This document shows, piece after piece, positions 1-11,232 of a DNA stretch of 64,000 nt. The DNA is from Spizellomyces punctatus DAOM BR117 (lineage: Eukaryota), in NCBI GenBank assembly GCA_000182565.2, contig KQ257457.1; one strand, written 5' to 3'. The first letter of the stretch is position 1. Every line of letters starts with the position of its first letter. The notes under the pieces are model-generated. The model had not been told where the DNA came from. It did not search any database and worked only from the letters and a program-made list of their open reading frames with translations. Position numbers and translations under genes: made by a program.

Positions 1-76
1 TGAATGATGCAGTGGATAATATATACAACCCGCAAACGTTATGGCAATGCATGCCTCCGCCAAAACTCGCCACCTC

Positions 77-2634
77 TCACTCTTCATTTCCAGAAGATCG
101 TACGACAATGTCATCAGGGGGTGTGCCATGGTCATCCGGATTCGTCTGACTATGACCAGACCATAAATCAGGTAGATGTGCAGCTAGGTTGCGTTTTGGA
201 GTTGCTATCGGTCGAGGCGTCCCCGGTGGAAGCCACGCTTGATCAAAGTCCAACGTATCGTCTGATGAAGAGGATTCACGTGTGCGGGCGGTACGGAAAC
301 TCTCTGTTTGGGATGACAATGATTGAGACCTTTGCAGAAAACTGTGAGTTGGAGAGCGTGGAGCGGAGTGGAAATCCTCTGTGTCAATTGTCTGGGTTGA
401 CGTTGAACTCCGTCTTTGCAGGACACTCTCGCTATCGCTAGGGAACTGCGGGACTGTGTGGAAACTTTCTGTTCCAATTGTCTTTGTTGATGTTGAGTTG
501 GTTCTTTGGAGCGCCCTTTCGTCGTCACTTGTAGGGACGGGTCCGAAAGTTGTGTTGGACGTACGGGAGAGGGAGGATGTGGGTCGTATGGTGTCCGTTA
601 TAGAAGCAAGCGAAAGAGTTCTAGCTAATTCTTGCTCATCGCAGGCGTGCTTCATGTTTCCCAATCTGCCGTCAAGTCCATCAATCTGATTCATCGCGGA
701 ACGAGAAGCAAATGGGGCCACCGAGGCCATGGAAGCACGCATACTAGCACTGTCTTCAATATCTTCGACAAGGACCGAATGACGCTTCGTTTCACCCATT
801 ACCAAAGAGGGAGTGGGCAGGGGATTTGCCTTGATGGGGGGCGGAGAAGAGATCGTTGACGATCGACCACTGTTGAGCATAGTACTCGTCATAATCCAGT
901 CTAAGGAAGGATCTGTTTCTCTTCTAGTGCTTGGTGTAGAATCACCTTCTGCTATCGACGGTTGACCGCTGGGATGCATACTGGAGGCCCCTTCTTCTAC
1001 TGGCGATTTCGTTTTTCGCTTTTCACTCCTTCTTTTCAGCGTTATCAGCACGGCTAGAAGCCCACCGCAAATTACCAATCCAATAACGCTCAGGGCGACA
1101 ATAACGTGTTCTCCCAGTTTCGCAGAGTTGGCGGTACTCTCGGTGACAGCACCAGCAGATAGAGCTGATACAGATATTACCGCATCGCCAATAAAAATCT
1201 TTACTCCTTCACTGCCAGACAAAACGATGGGCGGCCTGAGATACGGTGACGACGGTGCTCCAACTTCTCCGTAGTTGAACCCCCACACCACATCCACGAC
1301 AGAATTGTTATTGACACTGTAAACCTTTACGCCACCCAAGCTTGAAACTAAGAATTGCGCTCCACCGGAAAACGTTACAACAGACTGATTTGAGCATCGT
1401 ATACCTCCTTCTTGGAGAAGCTTATCACTCAGCTTCCATCCTTCTACTCCCGTAGTGTTTGTGAGAGCAGTCAGTCGTCCATCATCGTACCCCGCATCAG
1501 TAAGACGCATGTTCACGCATGCGTATATCCACCCCATGGCAGCGTTTGCACCCACCAAAGCTTGTCCACCACCGAACGCAGGGACCTCCCATATCTGGCG
1601 CCAAGCCGACTCGGAGACATTGAACCCGCGAATCCATTCCCGAGCGACACCAAAAGCGATTCCACTCCATTCAGGTACAACGCGCAGAATCGGATCAGCG
1701 CCAAGCGTGGAAGGAGCGAACCCGGCTCCAATGGGTAATGTATTCCATGCAGCCGAGAATCCAAGTGAATTGCCCACCAAGTAGAAGCCTTCCGGCGTCG
1801 GTGCTAGAGAGAGTTGGAGGTGCGAAATGGGACTGAAGCCAATGGGTTTGCATTCTTGAATTGGAGGGTTTGATAAGAGGGTGTAGCGAAGGATGCACGG
1901 CTGAAGATAGCCTGAACACACAAATGCAGCAAAATTGAGCAACTTGAAAAGACTTCAAGGCAAAAAAGAAACCCACCGTGCGTAACAGCCAGCGAAAACA
2001 TTGATGCCGATTTTCCATCCACTAACGGATCAAAAGCGAACCCTGGGGCCGTTGGAAACTTGTTGGTCGACAATATCCCTTCGCTAACAAAAGCTGAATA
2101 AATCGCTACAGGTTGGAGCACGTCACCAGCTACAGGGCCATCGGGGTCCAATGCCGCCCAAAGCAAGCCTACGACTGCATTTTGATTGCCTTTTGCTGAT
2201 CCAAGAAAGAAAGGTGCTCGTCCAGGTGCTACATCGAGGCGATACGACCCAGGTATGGAGAAGTTGGAGAGGAGGCGCGGACCGATTGGCATTACTTCCA
2301 GACGGATGAGCTTTAGCGCTACATTCTGGGACGTCATGTTCCCAAGGGCGTACCATATCCCCCCTGCAGAATCCATTACGGGGGGAGCCACTACCTCCCA
2401 TTCTGATGTGTTAAAGATGGTACGAACATACGATCGAATGGAGAGAATCTCGGAGGACGTATCGTTACTGACGTTCCACCGAAAAGGGACCTGCCCGGTT
2501 CTGTACCCGTCAAATCCCGGCTGGGCAAAACCGTCAGAGGTCCTAACGTCTATCGGGTCACCGAGGGCAATCGCCACCCAGCAAAGAAAAATAATCACTA
2601 CGTTCCAACATCGTGAGCTTTGAGCGGATATCAT
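77..2634 (-). CDS. Single-pass membrane protein: signal peptide, probable PQQ-like beta-propeller ectodomain, one TM helix, Ser/Thr-rich cytoplasmic tail (2 exons, intron ~1912-1976)
   Basis: ORFs 1804..2634 and 77..1942 join through a GTGGGT...CAG intron. Hydrophobic N-terminus (VVIIFLCWVAIALG). Propeller-like motifs GFDGYRTG, PPVMDSAGGIWY and GRLTALTNTTGVEGWK. TM segment VIVALSVIGLVICGGLLAVLITL followed by KRR. Confidence 0.75.
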
Positions 2635-3147
2635 AGGTGCTGTTCAGTGTAGGAGCTCAGAGTGCATTGGGTACGCAACAGCGGTGGGTACTCATATATT
2701 TTCACTTGCGAAAAAGCAGAGCCAGCTCTGGAACACTTCTTCACCCGCATGCAGGTTCAGGATACCTCCGTGTTTATCGAGTGCGCCAGAGGCGACGTCA
2801 GCTATTCTCAAGTGCATCTTTCCTTTTCGTTTGACACTTTGAACAAAAGTCGAGTTTCAAGGCGCGCCTTGCGGAGCGTAAGCATGGATGCAGTGTGGTT
2901 CGATTCATACATTAAAACGGAGTGGGGCATTGCAACAGCACTGTCTAAAATAAACAAAGCCGGTGGGATGGACGCAGCAAGTCGGGAAGAAAGCCTGGTT
3001 GCATGGTACGAAGCTGACAGGATTGGCTAACCGCCAGATACGAGCCAAGTTGTAGGTTTTTTGATGATATTCCCCACTTGCAGACTACGTGTTTCAGCAA
3101 GGGTGAACAGTCCTTTATGCCTGAGCAAACTACTTTCATTATCTCTG

Positions 3148-4035
3148 TCATCGTTCACCAACCAAGCTCATAACACGGTCTACCAAATCTTCCTCCCAAT
3201 CCTCCCATTCCAATACGCTCAGATCCTGCTTCATATGCACTTCACTCCTAGTTCCTGTCAGAGGCAGGATCCCACTTTGAATTAAGCATTTGAATAGAAC
3301 TTGCTCAACTGTGCACCCTTTCTTCAGCGCCACGCTTCGCACAATGTCAGATTGCAACACATGCGGGTTGGCCGTCAAGGTCCAGAAACTTTGATACGTT
3401 ATATCAACGTCTGGTGAACGACACCAGCTTCGGACGTCAATATCGTATTCCGTCTCGTCATGGAACCTATTTTGGATAAATTTTGGTTTCACGCGAGCTT
3501 GGGCGTGCAAATGTTGAAGGAATGGCAGCGAGTATGCGTTCGAAATGCCGAGGTATCGGATAAGCTTTTTACTGTGAAAGTCTTCCATGACCCTCCAGAC
3601 ACGCAATGTATCTTGCAGAGAGTGAAGAGGCGAATGAAGGACGTAGGAGTCCACGTAGCTCGTTTGGAGATTCTCCAGTGATTTCATGAACGATTCTTTG
3701 ACCTGTTCTTCAAGCGGCGCAGAAGGGTCATATGGAACGTTATTGGGATCTTGCCCTGATATAGGTGTGAACTTTGTTTGGATGAAGAGTGACTCGCGGG
3801 GAAAGGTTTGCGCGACTGCTTGAAGAGCCGAACCTATTTGGGGCTCATTGTAATGCTTGGGTTGGTTGGCTGTATCTATACCTCTAAAACCCGCAAGGAG
3901 GGCAGCTTTAACGAGAGCGTGGGTCTGGTCTTTTTTCCAGGCTGTGCCGTACAGAAGTCGAGGAACAGAAGCTGGGGGCATTTTTGCAATATGCTGGGAC
4001 CTTAGGGCAAGCGATTGGAAAACAATTTCAGACAT
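3148..4035 (-). CDS. Aldo/keto reductase family protein
   Basis: Intronless 295-aa ORF with AKR motifs LLYGTAWK, GFRGIDTA..Y.E..IG, LFIQTKF, SLENLQTSYVDSYVLHSP and IRYLGISN. Confidence 0.93.
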   Translation of the reverse strand: MSEIVFQSLALRSQHIAKMPPASVPRLLYGTAWKKDQTHALVKAALLAGFRGIDTANQPKHYNEPQIGSALQAVAQTFPRESLFIQTKFTPISGQDPNNVPYDPSAPLEEQVKESFMKSLENLQTSYVDSYVLHSPLHSLQDTLRVWRVMEDFHSKKLIRYLGISNAYSLPFLQHLHAQARVKPKFIQNRFHDETEYDIDVRSWCRSPDVDITYQSFWTLTANPHVLQSDIVRSVALKKGCTVEQVLFKCLIQSGILPLTGTRSEVHMKQDLSVLEWEDWEEDLVDRVMSLVGER

Positions 4036-5176
4036 GTTAATTGTAAAAAGCTAAAAAGAAAAACAAAAAGAGACCAACCGTGAACTGGGCGGTGCTCTTT
4101 TACTCCTTCCCGGAGATGCCGGAGACCAGCTCAAGGCTGGGGGGCACGCAAGTTTCTACCCTCCTTATAGGAGAACCGGAGAACCGCGTCGCGATATGTC
4201 ATCACCTGGTGGGTGCCACGACCGCGCATTGTGGAGATCGAACTCAGCGCCTTTCGGCAACTGAGAACGAACGCATTACCCCATAAGCTATCCCCACAAA
4301 GTCAAAATCATCTGGTTTCTAAAAAATTTAATTTGAAAAGATGGAAGTGGTCGGATTAACCATGATAAGGCCGACTCAGACCACACCAACGTCGAACCCT
4401 AAATATAACGGCCATTGTTGCATCGCATTGCCTGTATTATTTTCTTGGCACCAAACGGTACCAGTTCAGCTGCTGAAATGTGATAATACATTGGGTACAC
4501 AAGCTGTTGGCCTAGCAACGGACATGTTCATATGTTACATAAGCCATAGTCCGCTCGTGGTTCTGTATTGTCGCCATCTACGTGCATACGGCATGTTCAT
4601 GCCCTAGAGACTTCCACCAGGTCATATATTGATCACCGCGTGGCACACATGCCCCTTCCCCAAGGAAGGCCCGCCTAAGGACTGTAAGGGAGTTAAACCT
4701 CGGTCGTTCATTCAGCTTATCTCATCAGTCCAGATACCCACTGGACGGGTCCAGTTTTGTTTCTATTTTTGACATACATGCGCGAGAAGGTATATTACGA
4801 AGACGTCAAGCATCACAATTATTGCTTGACCATATGTGAAAGGGAGCACCCCCAAAGTGCACGATTAATCAGTTCGACTCATTGAGGAGCGTTGGCTGAT
4901 TACTTCAAAACAAACACAATCGTAATCAATCGGAGGCTTTTCTGTAGAAAATCTCCACCACCAAAATGAGAGTTTAACCCGCGGGAATTTAAGGTGTTGA
5001 TTGTTGACTGTGAGTTGGTCTAAGCACGTATGCCACAGACATACACGCACGCCCAGCGCTAGATAGTGCTCTGATAAAACCTTTCTAAAGTCTTCCTTTG
5101 AATTGTACAGGCCACAAATCATATCAGTAAATCACAATCACGTCCGCCCTCTGTATTCATTCCAACACCATCCGCC

Positions 5177-6882
5177 ATGCCAGGACCGGCCGTCCTATCA
5201 TCCACACCGCCCGTGACATCCTCAACCCAAGACCCGACCGAATGCATCCCCCCACAAGCCGATCCAGGTGTCATCCACATCCAACTCATACCCCACAGCG
5301 ACACTCCTGGGCGCCCGGTCCTGGGCGATGTTGTTGAGCGGAAATTTGAAGAGGGAATGAGAGTCAGAAGCGGGAGGCAGGTCATTCGGGAAGGGGTGCC
5401 GACTGTAATGAAGGGATCAAAGCCCCCAACAGACAACGATATTTGGTATTCGAGTAAAGTGGTCAGCAGGAACCATGCGGAGATGTGGGTCAAAGATGGC
5501 CAGGTAATGTTCCAAGATTTCTTTATGCATCGACCTTTCGGAAAATTTATTTTTCTCTGTTTAGATATATATCAAAGACATTGGGAGTTCCTCCGGAACA
5601 TTTTTAAATAAGATGCGGTTGAGTCCATCTGGAAAGGAAAGTCGACCGTATCCTCTGAAAGAAGGTGACATTCTACAGTTCGGTATAGATTATAAAGGAA
5701 AGCCAGATGGTGAGCAGCGGTCTGCGCCGATTTGCAAATGTCTGCCGACACGATAACAGGTTGCATCCCGGTAGATATTTATAAGAGCGTGATGGTCCGG
5801 ATCGGCTTTTACGATCAGTCATGGGTACAAGCTCAAAGACGGAAAGCAAATCCCGCCAGGTACTGTGGTTTTTTTTGTCAAAGAGGTACCCACTACAGAC
5901 TCACTTTAACTATGATCCTAACAGGTTCCGGACGGCTTTGAAAATGCTACTGGCAGCAGCTAACCCGTACGCCTCGGCGAACAGCGAGCAGACGCAGGAA
6001 GAATCTGGCTCCACAGATTGCTGTATCTGCATTGGGGCTATAGGTCCTTTTCAAGCTTTATTCGTTGCCCCGTGTTCGCATTGTTATCATTACAAATGTG
6101 TTCATGGACTCCTCGCTCAATCGGCGATGTTTCAATGTCCTATGTGTCGTCAAGTCGCGAATCTAGCTGCAAGTGTTTCCATGGACAGCTTGTTTGATGA
6201 TGAAGATGAGAGTGCTTCCAGTGTTGCTGGGGATTCCATAGGTAGGAAAATGGGACAACTGCGAGCAGGTGAGGACAACCCCGATGCAACGTTATCAGCT
6301 GCCCAGAACGCCATTCAGAGATTGCAGCAATCTGGTCAGCCGGGTAGCGGTGATGTTACACCCCGCAATGAACGTTCGGGAACACCTGCGCCCATCTCCC
6401 CGGAATCTGACACATCAGGACGGAGTACTCCAAATCCGCTCGGGGAGCCATCCACTCGACGACCACACTCCGGGGGTGCAAGTGTGGGCGGGCAACAATC
6501 TGGGGCCTCAACCCCCGATAGATCGGTGGCATCGCCTACCGCCCGCGCCCCCAAACGTCGCTCAAGCATCACGAGCAAGATCAACGCTCTTCTACGCCGT
6601 GGTCACAGGGATACGAGTAGTAGTAGTACACACCACGAAGAACCGTCTCCGCCACCGGTACCCATCCGTGAAGAAAGTTTGCGGCGTTCAGAGCCGCCGA
6701 TTCCCGATGAAAATGATGAGCCTCCCGTTTCTCCAGTGTCGCCCACCAGTGAGGAAGGCCTGAAACGGAACATGACGGCTCTCACTTCAGTGGCAGGAAT
6801 GGACCGGGATCGGTCTACACATGATATACATGAGGACGCAGAAGGTGGAAATGAGGGTGATATCAGTAATGAGGACCAGTAA
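5177..6882 (+). CDS. DMA1: FHA + RING-H2 E3 ubiquitin ligase, Dma1/Dma2-like (introns ~5503-5563, ~5710-5772, ~5860-5924)
   Basis: FHA motifs SKVVSRNHAEMW, IYIKDIGSSSGTFLN and LKEGDILQFGIDY after splicing. RING DCCICIGAIGPFQALFVAPCSHCYHYKC...FQCPMCRQ. Disordered C-terminal tail. Confidence 0.85.
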
Positions 6883-7374
6883 TGAGAGATACATAGGGAC
6901 GAGTGAGAGGATTAGCTATCGTGTCGGGAACTCTTTGTCGCATGAAGATGGCTAGTGTAAAAGTGGTGGTTCTTTCTCCTGAGAGCCCGCATGGTTCAGT
7001 GTGACCTAGTAGTGTAATCAGATGTGATTTTCCGGATGAGATCTAGGTCTGCTTTGCCATTCAGATCAAGTACGTTGTTTGTTGTGAACATTTTGACAAT
7101 ACATCTTTATGCATACGACGAAAAAACAATCTGCCGGGAACGCAGAGGTGCATTTCCGATGAGATCTATACCGGCATTTGCCGTCCTGAGCCGTGCTTGT
7201 TTTAAGATTTGCTAAACATGCTCGTTCATGCATAGTGAGATCCATTATTACTGAAATTATAGCAACTTGTGCAGTTCATTCCTGATGACTAGGATGTGTG
7301 CATATTTGTCATAGCGGGTACATCTAGATTATACCAAGGGGATTCACAACTACAAGATCAATAACGTTAGATAA

Positions 7375-9172
7375 CTATCTAAATCCGACCGACACAGCCA
7401 TGGAGCTGCGGAAGAGATTGCTTATTTCCACTCCTCTGGTCACTTTTCTTTTGGAACTCGGACCCGCTTTCACCTCTTTTGACTTGCGGACCACCTCCGC
7501 TAGACTCTCATATGCTACCACGCCCCTAAACCGGTCCCATCGTCCGTCTCCCGTTATGGCACTCCGATAAAGGTCTCTCAATCCCCGCACATTCATGAAG
7601 ACCTCATATTTTATGAGAACCCATGGATCCCGGTTCCGTGAATCCTGATCACGATTCAAAACTGCGTTGGCAAACAATAGCGCGCGGATATTTTTATGTG
7701 GGATGGTTTTTGTGTCATGGTAATGTAGTGCAGCACCTAGTGTGAGTGTCGTAAGGCGGAGGCAGTTTTCGAGAAGGGGTGCAAGGGAGGTAACGATGCG
7801 AGGTGTCATTAGAATGTCCTTGGTGTTACGGAATTCGAGCACTTCTACGTTTCGTGCGTGATGAGCAATGCAAGGGAGTACTTTGTGGGATAAGAACTGG
7901 CAGCAGGATAGGTCAAGTTTCTTCAACTTTGTGCTGTATGTTTTAACCAAGGTCCGTACACCCACATCGCTGATAGTTGTAGACCGGCAACCAATGCTGA
8001 TCAAGCGGGGACAGGTCACAACCAAGCGATTCCAAAAACCGTCATCGACGGACATGCCGCCAATGTCAAGAGTGGTAAGATTGGAGGGGTATTGGGTAAT
8101 TGGGTCTAGTCTGTTGAAGTAGAACATATCGCCGTCACAGGAAGAACTTCTTGTCCACCGAAAATGGTTGAGAGAGGAACAGTTCTCAATCACCTGGCCA
8201 ATCATCCTGGCCTCTTCACCGTGACGAGGCGCCGACTGAAGATCGAAAATCTCCAATGTTGGCGCATGTTTTTCCTCAAGAACTCTACAAACTCCCTCTC
8301 CCATCCCGCATCGTTCCATCGTGAGACCCTTCAACGGGTCGACTGCTTCTAGAAGCTCGACCAGGTCCTCTTCAGATGACCAACCACCCTGGATCGTCAA
8401 GTATTCTAGCTGAGAGCCGAGTTTATTCAGCCCACTGGAGAGGAGGAGGGAGGTGGGAGTATCGAGGGTCAGTTGAAGGCGCATGCGCGGAGGTTTGGTC
8501 AGAGTCTTGAGAAGCGAGTTTAGTAGAGCATGCGTGGTGATCTGTTGCTCGTCCGAGAGGCGGCCAGGTCGAATCTTAAAACAAAGATCAATCTGCCATA
8601 CCATAAACAGATGTTAGCGGAAGGCTCATGGAACGCAACAGACCGAAATTATGTACCTTCTCGACCCGTTTCATCTTCTCCAGTACCTCAGTAAGAACAC
8701 TAACCCTCTGAATAAACTCTTCCCAAACCACATTCTCATCTCCCCAATCAGCACCCCACCCAGCACCTTCATAGCAAACAGAAACTCCAATTTGTCGAAC
8801 ATAATTTGCTCTAACGGCCCCATGTTGCTCCAGCTTTCCAATCAAACGGACCAAATCCGCCGCACTCACACCGTACCCATTCGCGACCACAAGGTGAAGG
8901 GACTTCCACAGCTGAGGTATGGCGACATCGGCCCAACTGCGACAAACTTGGGCACAACAAAGAAGGTCTCGCTGGTCAAGCTCAAACGGGCTGGAGTATC
9001 TGCTCGTTGTCGAGAATTGCGCAAAGAAATGATAAAGGATGTCATGGTTGAGCTTTTGCATTGGTCGACTTGGTCGAGGTGGAGGTGATACAACAGTTTT
9101 GGAGCACTCGGTATCGTTAATGGATGCAATATGAGAGTCGATGTCTGCCAACCGGTTTTTATGTCGGAACAT
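7375..9172 (-). CDS. F-box/leucine-rich-repeat protein (intron ~8593-8656; start Met uncertain)
   Basis: F-box LNHDILYHFF...DLLCCAQVCRSWADVAIPQLW. Cys-containing LRRs LTTLDIGG, CPRLISI, ISDVGV and LKKLDLSCCQFLS. Confidence 0.85.
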
Positions 9173-9745
9173 GAATGCAGACCTAGGAAAGCAACGAGCG
9201 GGATCCCAATGGAGAATTAAGCGTGAATAATGCAGATGATCCCGGAATCCTCGGGGGGGCTCTTTGCCATCGTCCGTTTTTATACTCCGCAAACGTGAAG
9301 GATAGCTCCTCCTTCATGAGGCTGATTGGCTTCTATCTTCGGAGCATCTGGAAAGTCAAGCAACAGTCTCTTTGAATAGAACTGCACAAACACCGCTTTC
9401 TAAATGATAACGTTACTATGTCTGCTCGCCAACCGCGTATCGTTGTTGAAACGCATTGCTATTTTGAGGCCTGTAGGACGGATCCTCTCGCTCAAACTGT
9501 GTCTCATAGGCCCTATACATCCTTTATTCTAACAACGCAATGACGCTATATTTAGAAACTTGAAGCTTGGGTACTGTCGAAACCTGAAAATGTACGAAAG
9601 TTCAATGAAGAAACTATGCATGCACCATTCAGCCAGGAGTGTCACAAAGACTTCCGCGAATAGCTGCTAAAAGTTACTGCATGTGGACTTGCAATTTGGG
9701 TAAAGAAAGGTGCACAATATAAAAAAGTGCTCCTTCCAGAGTATA

Positions 9746-9818
9746 TGCGAGATGTGAGGATCGAACTCACGACCTTGAGATTATGAGACTCACGCTCTAC
9801 CAACTGAGCCAATCTCGC
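9746..9818 (-). tRNA. tRNA-Met (CAT), elongator type, intronless
   Basis: Reverse complement GCGAGATTGGCTCAGTTGGTAGAGCGTGAGTCTCATAATCTCAAGGTCGTGAGTTCGATCCTCACATCTCGCA folds as a cloverleaf with a CAT anticodon, a G1-C72 pair and a TTCGA T-loop. Confidence 0.96.
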
Positions 9819-10471
9819 GTGCTGATAATGGCCAGGCAAACAAATTTCCTATTCATAACTTGTTTGGTTGCTCTGGAAAACGTTTCGCGAAAACGCATTT
9901 GAAGATGGTCGTTACAAGCGACGATTACAGTTACCTTTACGTATTGCTATTGTACATTCAGGATTGAACTGACATTCACGTCATTTGTGGAGATCATCCC
10001 TTCCGTTAGAAGACATTTCAATGACATTGTTATGGAAGGCAAATTTTTCTAGGTAGTCTTCGTAGTCATCATTGATTTTGCTCAAGGGGTCTCAGTTAGC
10101 AAGATGTATGTGGTAGTGTAGGATATTATGTATGTGTAAAGTCTGTGCGTAGCTTATTCAAACAGAGTAAGTTCATGGCTACAAGGTACATGCACAGTAC
10201 GAACACGTCTTCAGATACACCCTTCTTGAGCTCAGAAGGTAGACCATTCCCTAGAATCAAACGCTACTGTTCTAAGCCATATGACCGCTGAAGAAAAGAG
10301 CGGCTCGACAGTAATTATGTTGGCTGCAACATTGAGGAGTCGCTTGGCAAAAACGATAGCGAAGTATGGATAAGGTGGAGGAAAGAAGTTCACTAAAAGC
10401 GATTAACCCTGCCATGATTTCCATGAAGAACGCACAAGAATCCAAACAAAATGTAAGTACCCACGTATAAA

Positions 10472-10544
10472 TGCGAGATGTGAGGATCGAACTCACGACC
10501 TTGAGATTATGAGACTCACGCTCTACCGACTGAGCCAATCTCGC
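10472..10544 (-). tRNA. tRNA-Met (CAT), second copy
   Basis: Identical to the 9746-9818 copy except for one D-loop base (CAGTCGG vs CAGTTGG). Confidence 0.96.
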
Positions 10545-11232
10545 GCTGTGGAAGTTCTGCCATTTTATAATCAAGTTGAAACGAACAAATTGTTCAGATG
10601 AATGATGACCTAACCCAGCCGAGAGCCAAATGGCACCGGCAGCTTTGGTGGTCATATGAATGGCACACATATCATTTCAATGCTGCAAACCACTCACACC
10701 GCAAAGGGTCCCAGTCGAGCTGAAACCAGAGTCACCCCAATAAAGTTGGCCCAGCCGATAGCTCGCGTCGTAGCTCACCACTTTCACTATGACTACATAT
10801 ATCCCACCACAACTTACGTGTGAAACAGAAAAATCGTATAGGCACCGATCAGGACCCTCTGGCTGCACCTTTCGTAAACCGCAAGTTTTTCACACTCCGA
10901 TCACTGTGCCACTAATGATAGGTATCCAAAAAGAAGGATTTTATGTCATCAGTCATGCTTGTATCGACTATTATGCAAAAGCCATCAGGACGATAATTTT
11001 AACAGAAATTTGCCAGATCGCATATGGAACTTGTTTTGGATATGCGCAGAAGGCAACCACCCGTTAAGGGTCTGAGCACAGAAGCGAGAAAATTCTGTGT
11101 TATTTTTTGTTTATGGGCTCTGGGATGTGCAGGTGTGCCCAAAGAGTCAGTTTTATCTCGGGAAAGGCAGAATAAAAGGAAAGGTACAGTACTCGTCTAC
11201 CCCCGCATCATCCCGACTTGCTTCCTTACACG

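Noticed and set aside
2662-3030. 122-aa plus-strand ORF
   Set aside because: Starts at GTG, has no recognisable motif and lies in the presumed promoter of the divergent gene; unsupported.
4570-4620. Minus-strand GGAAGTCTC...GGCATGAACATGCC resembling RNase MRP P4/P8
   Set aside because: No matching 3' P4 strand found downstream; an Infernal hit would be needed.
4700-4750. Minus-strand hairpin followed by CTGATGA (hammerhead-core-like or box C-like)
   Set aside because: No stem II followed by GAAA and no properly placed NUH triplet; no convincing C/D terminal stem.
9642-10670. ORFs 9642..9839 and 10272..10670 sharing the peptide ARLAQ.VERESHNLKVVSSILTSR
   Set aside because: These are spurious translations of the two tRNA-Met genes.
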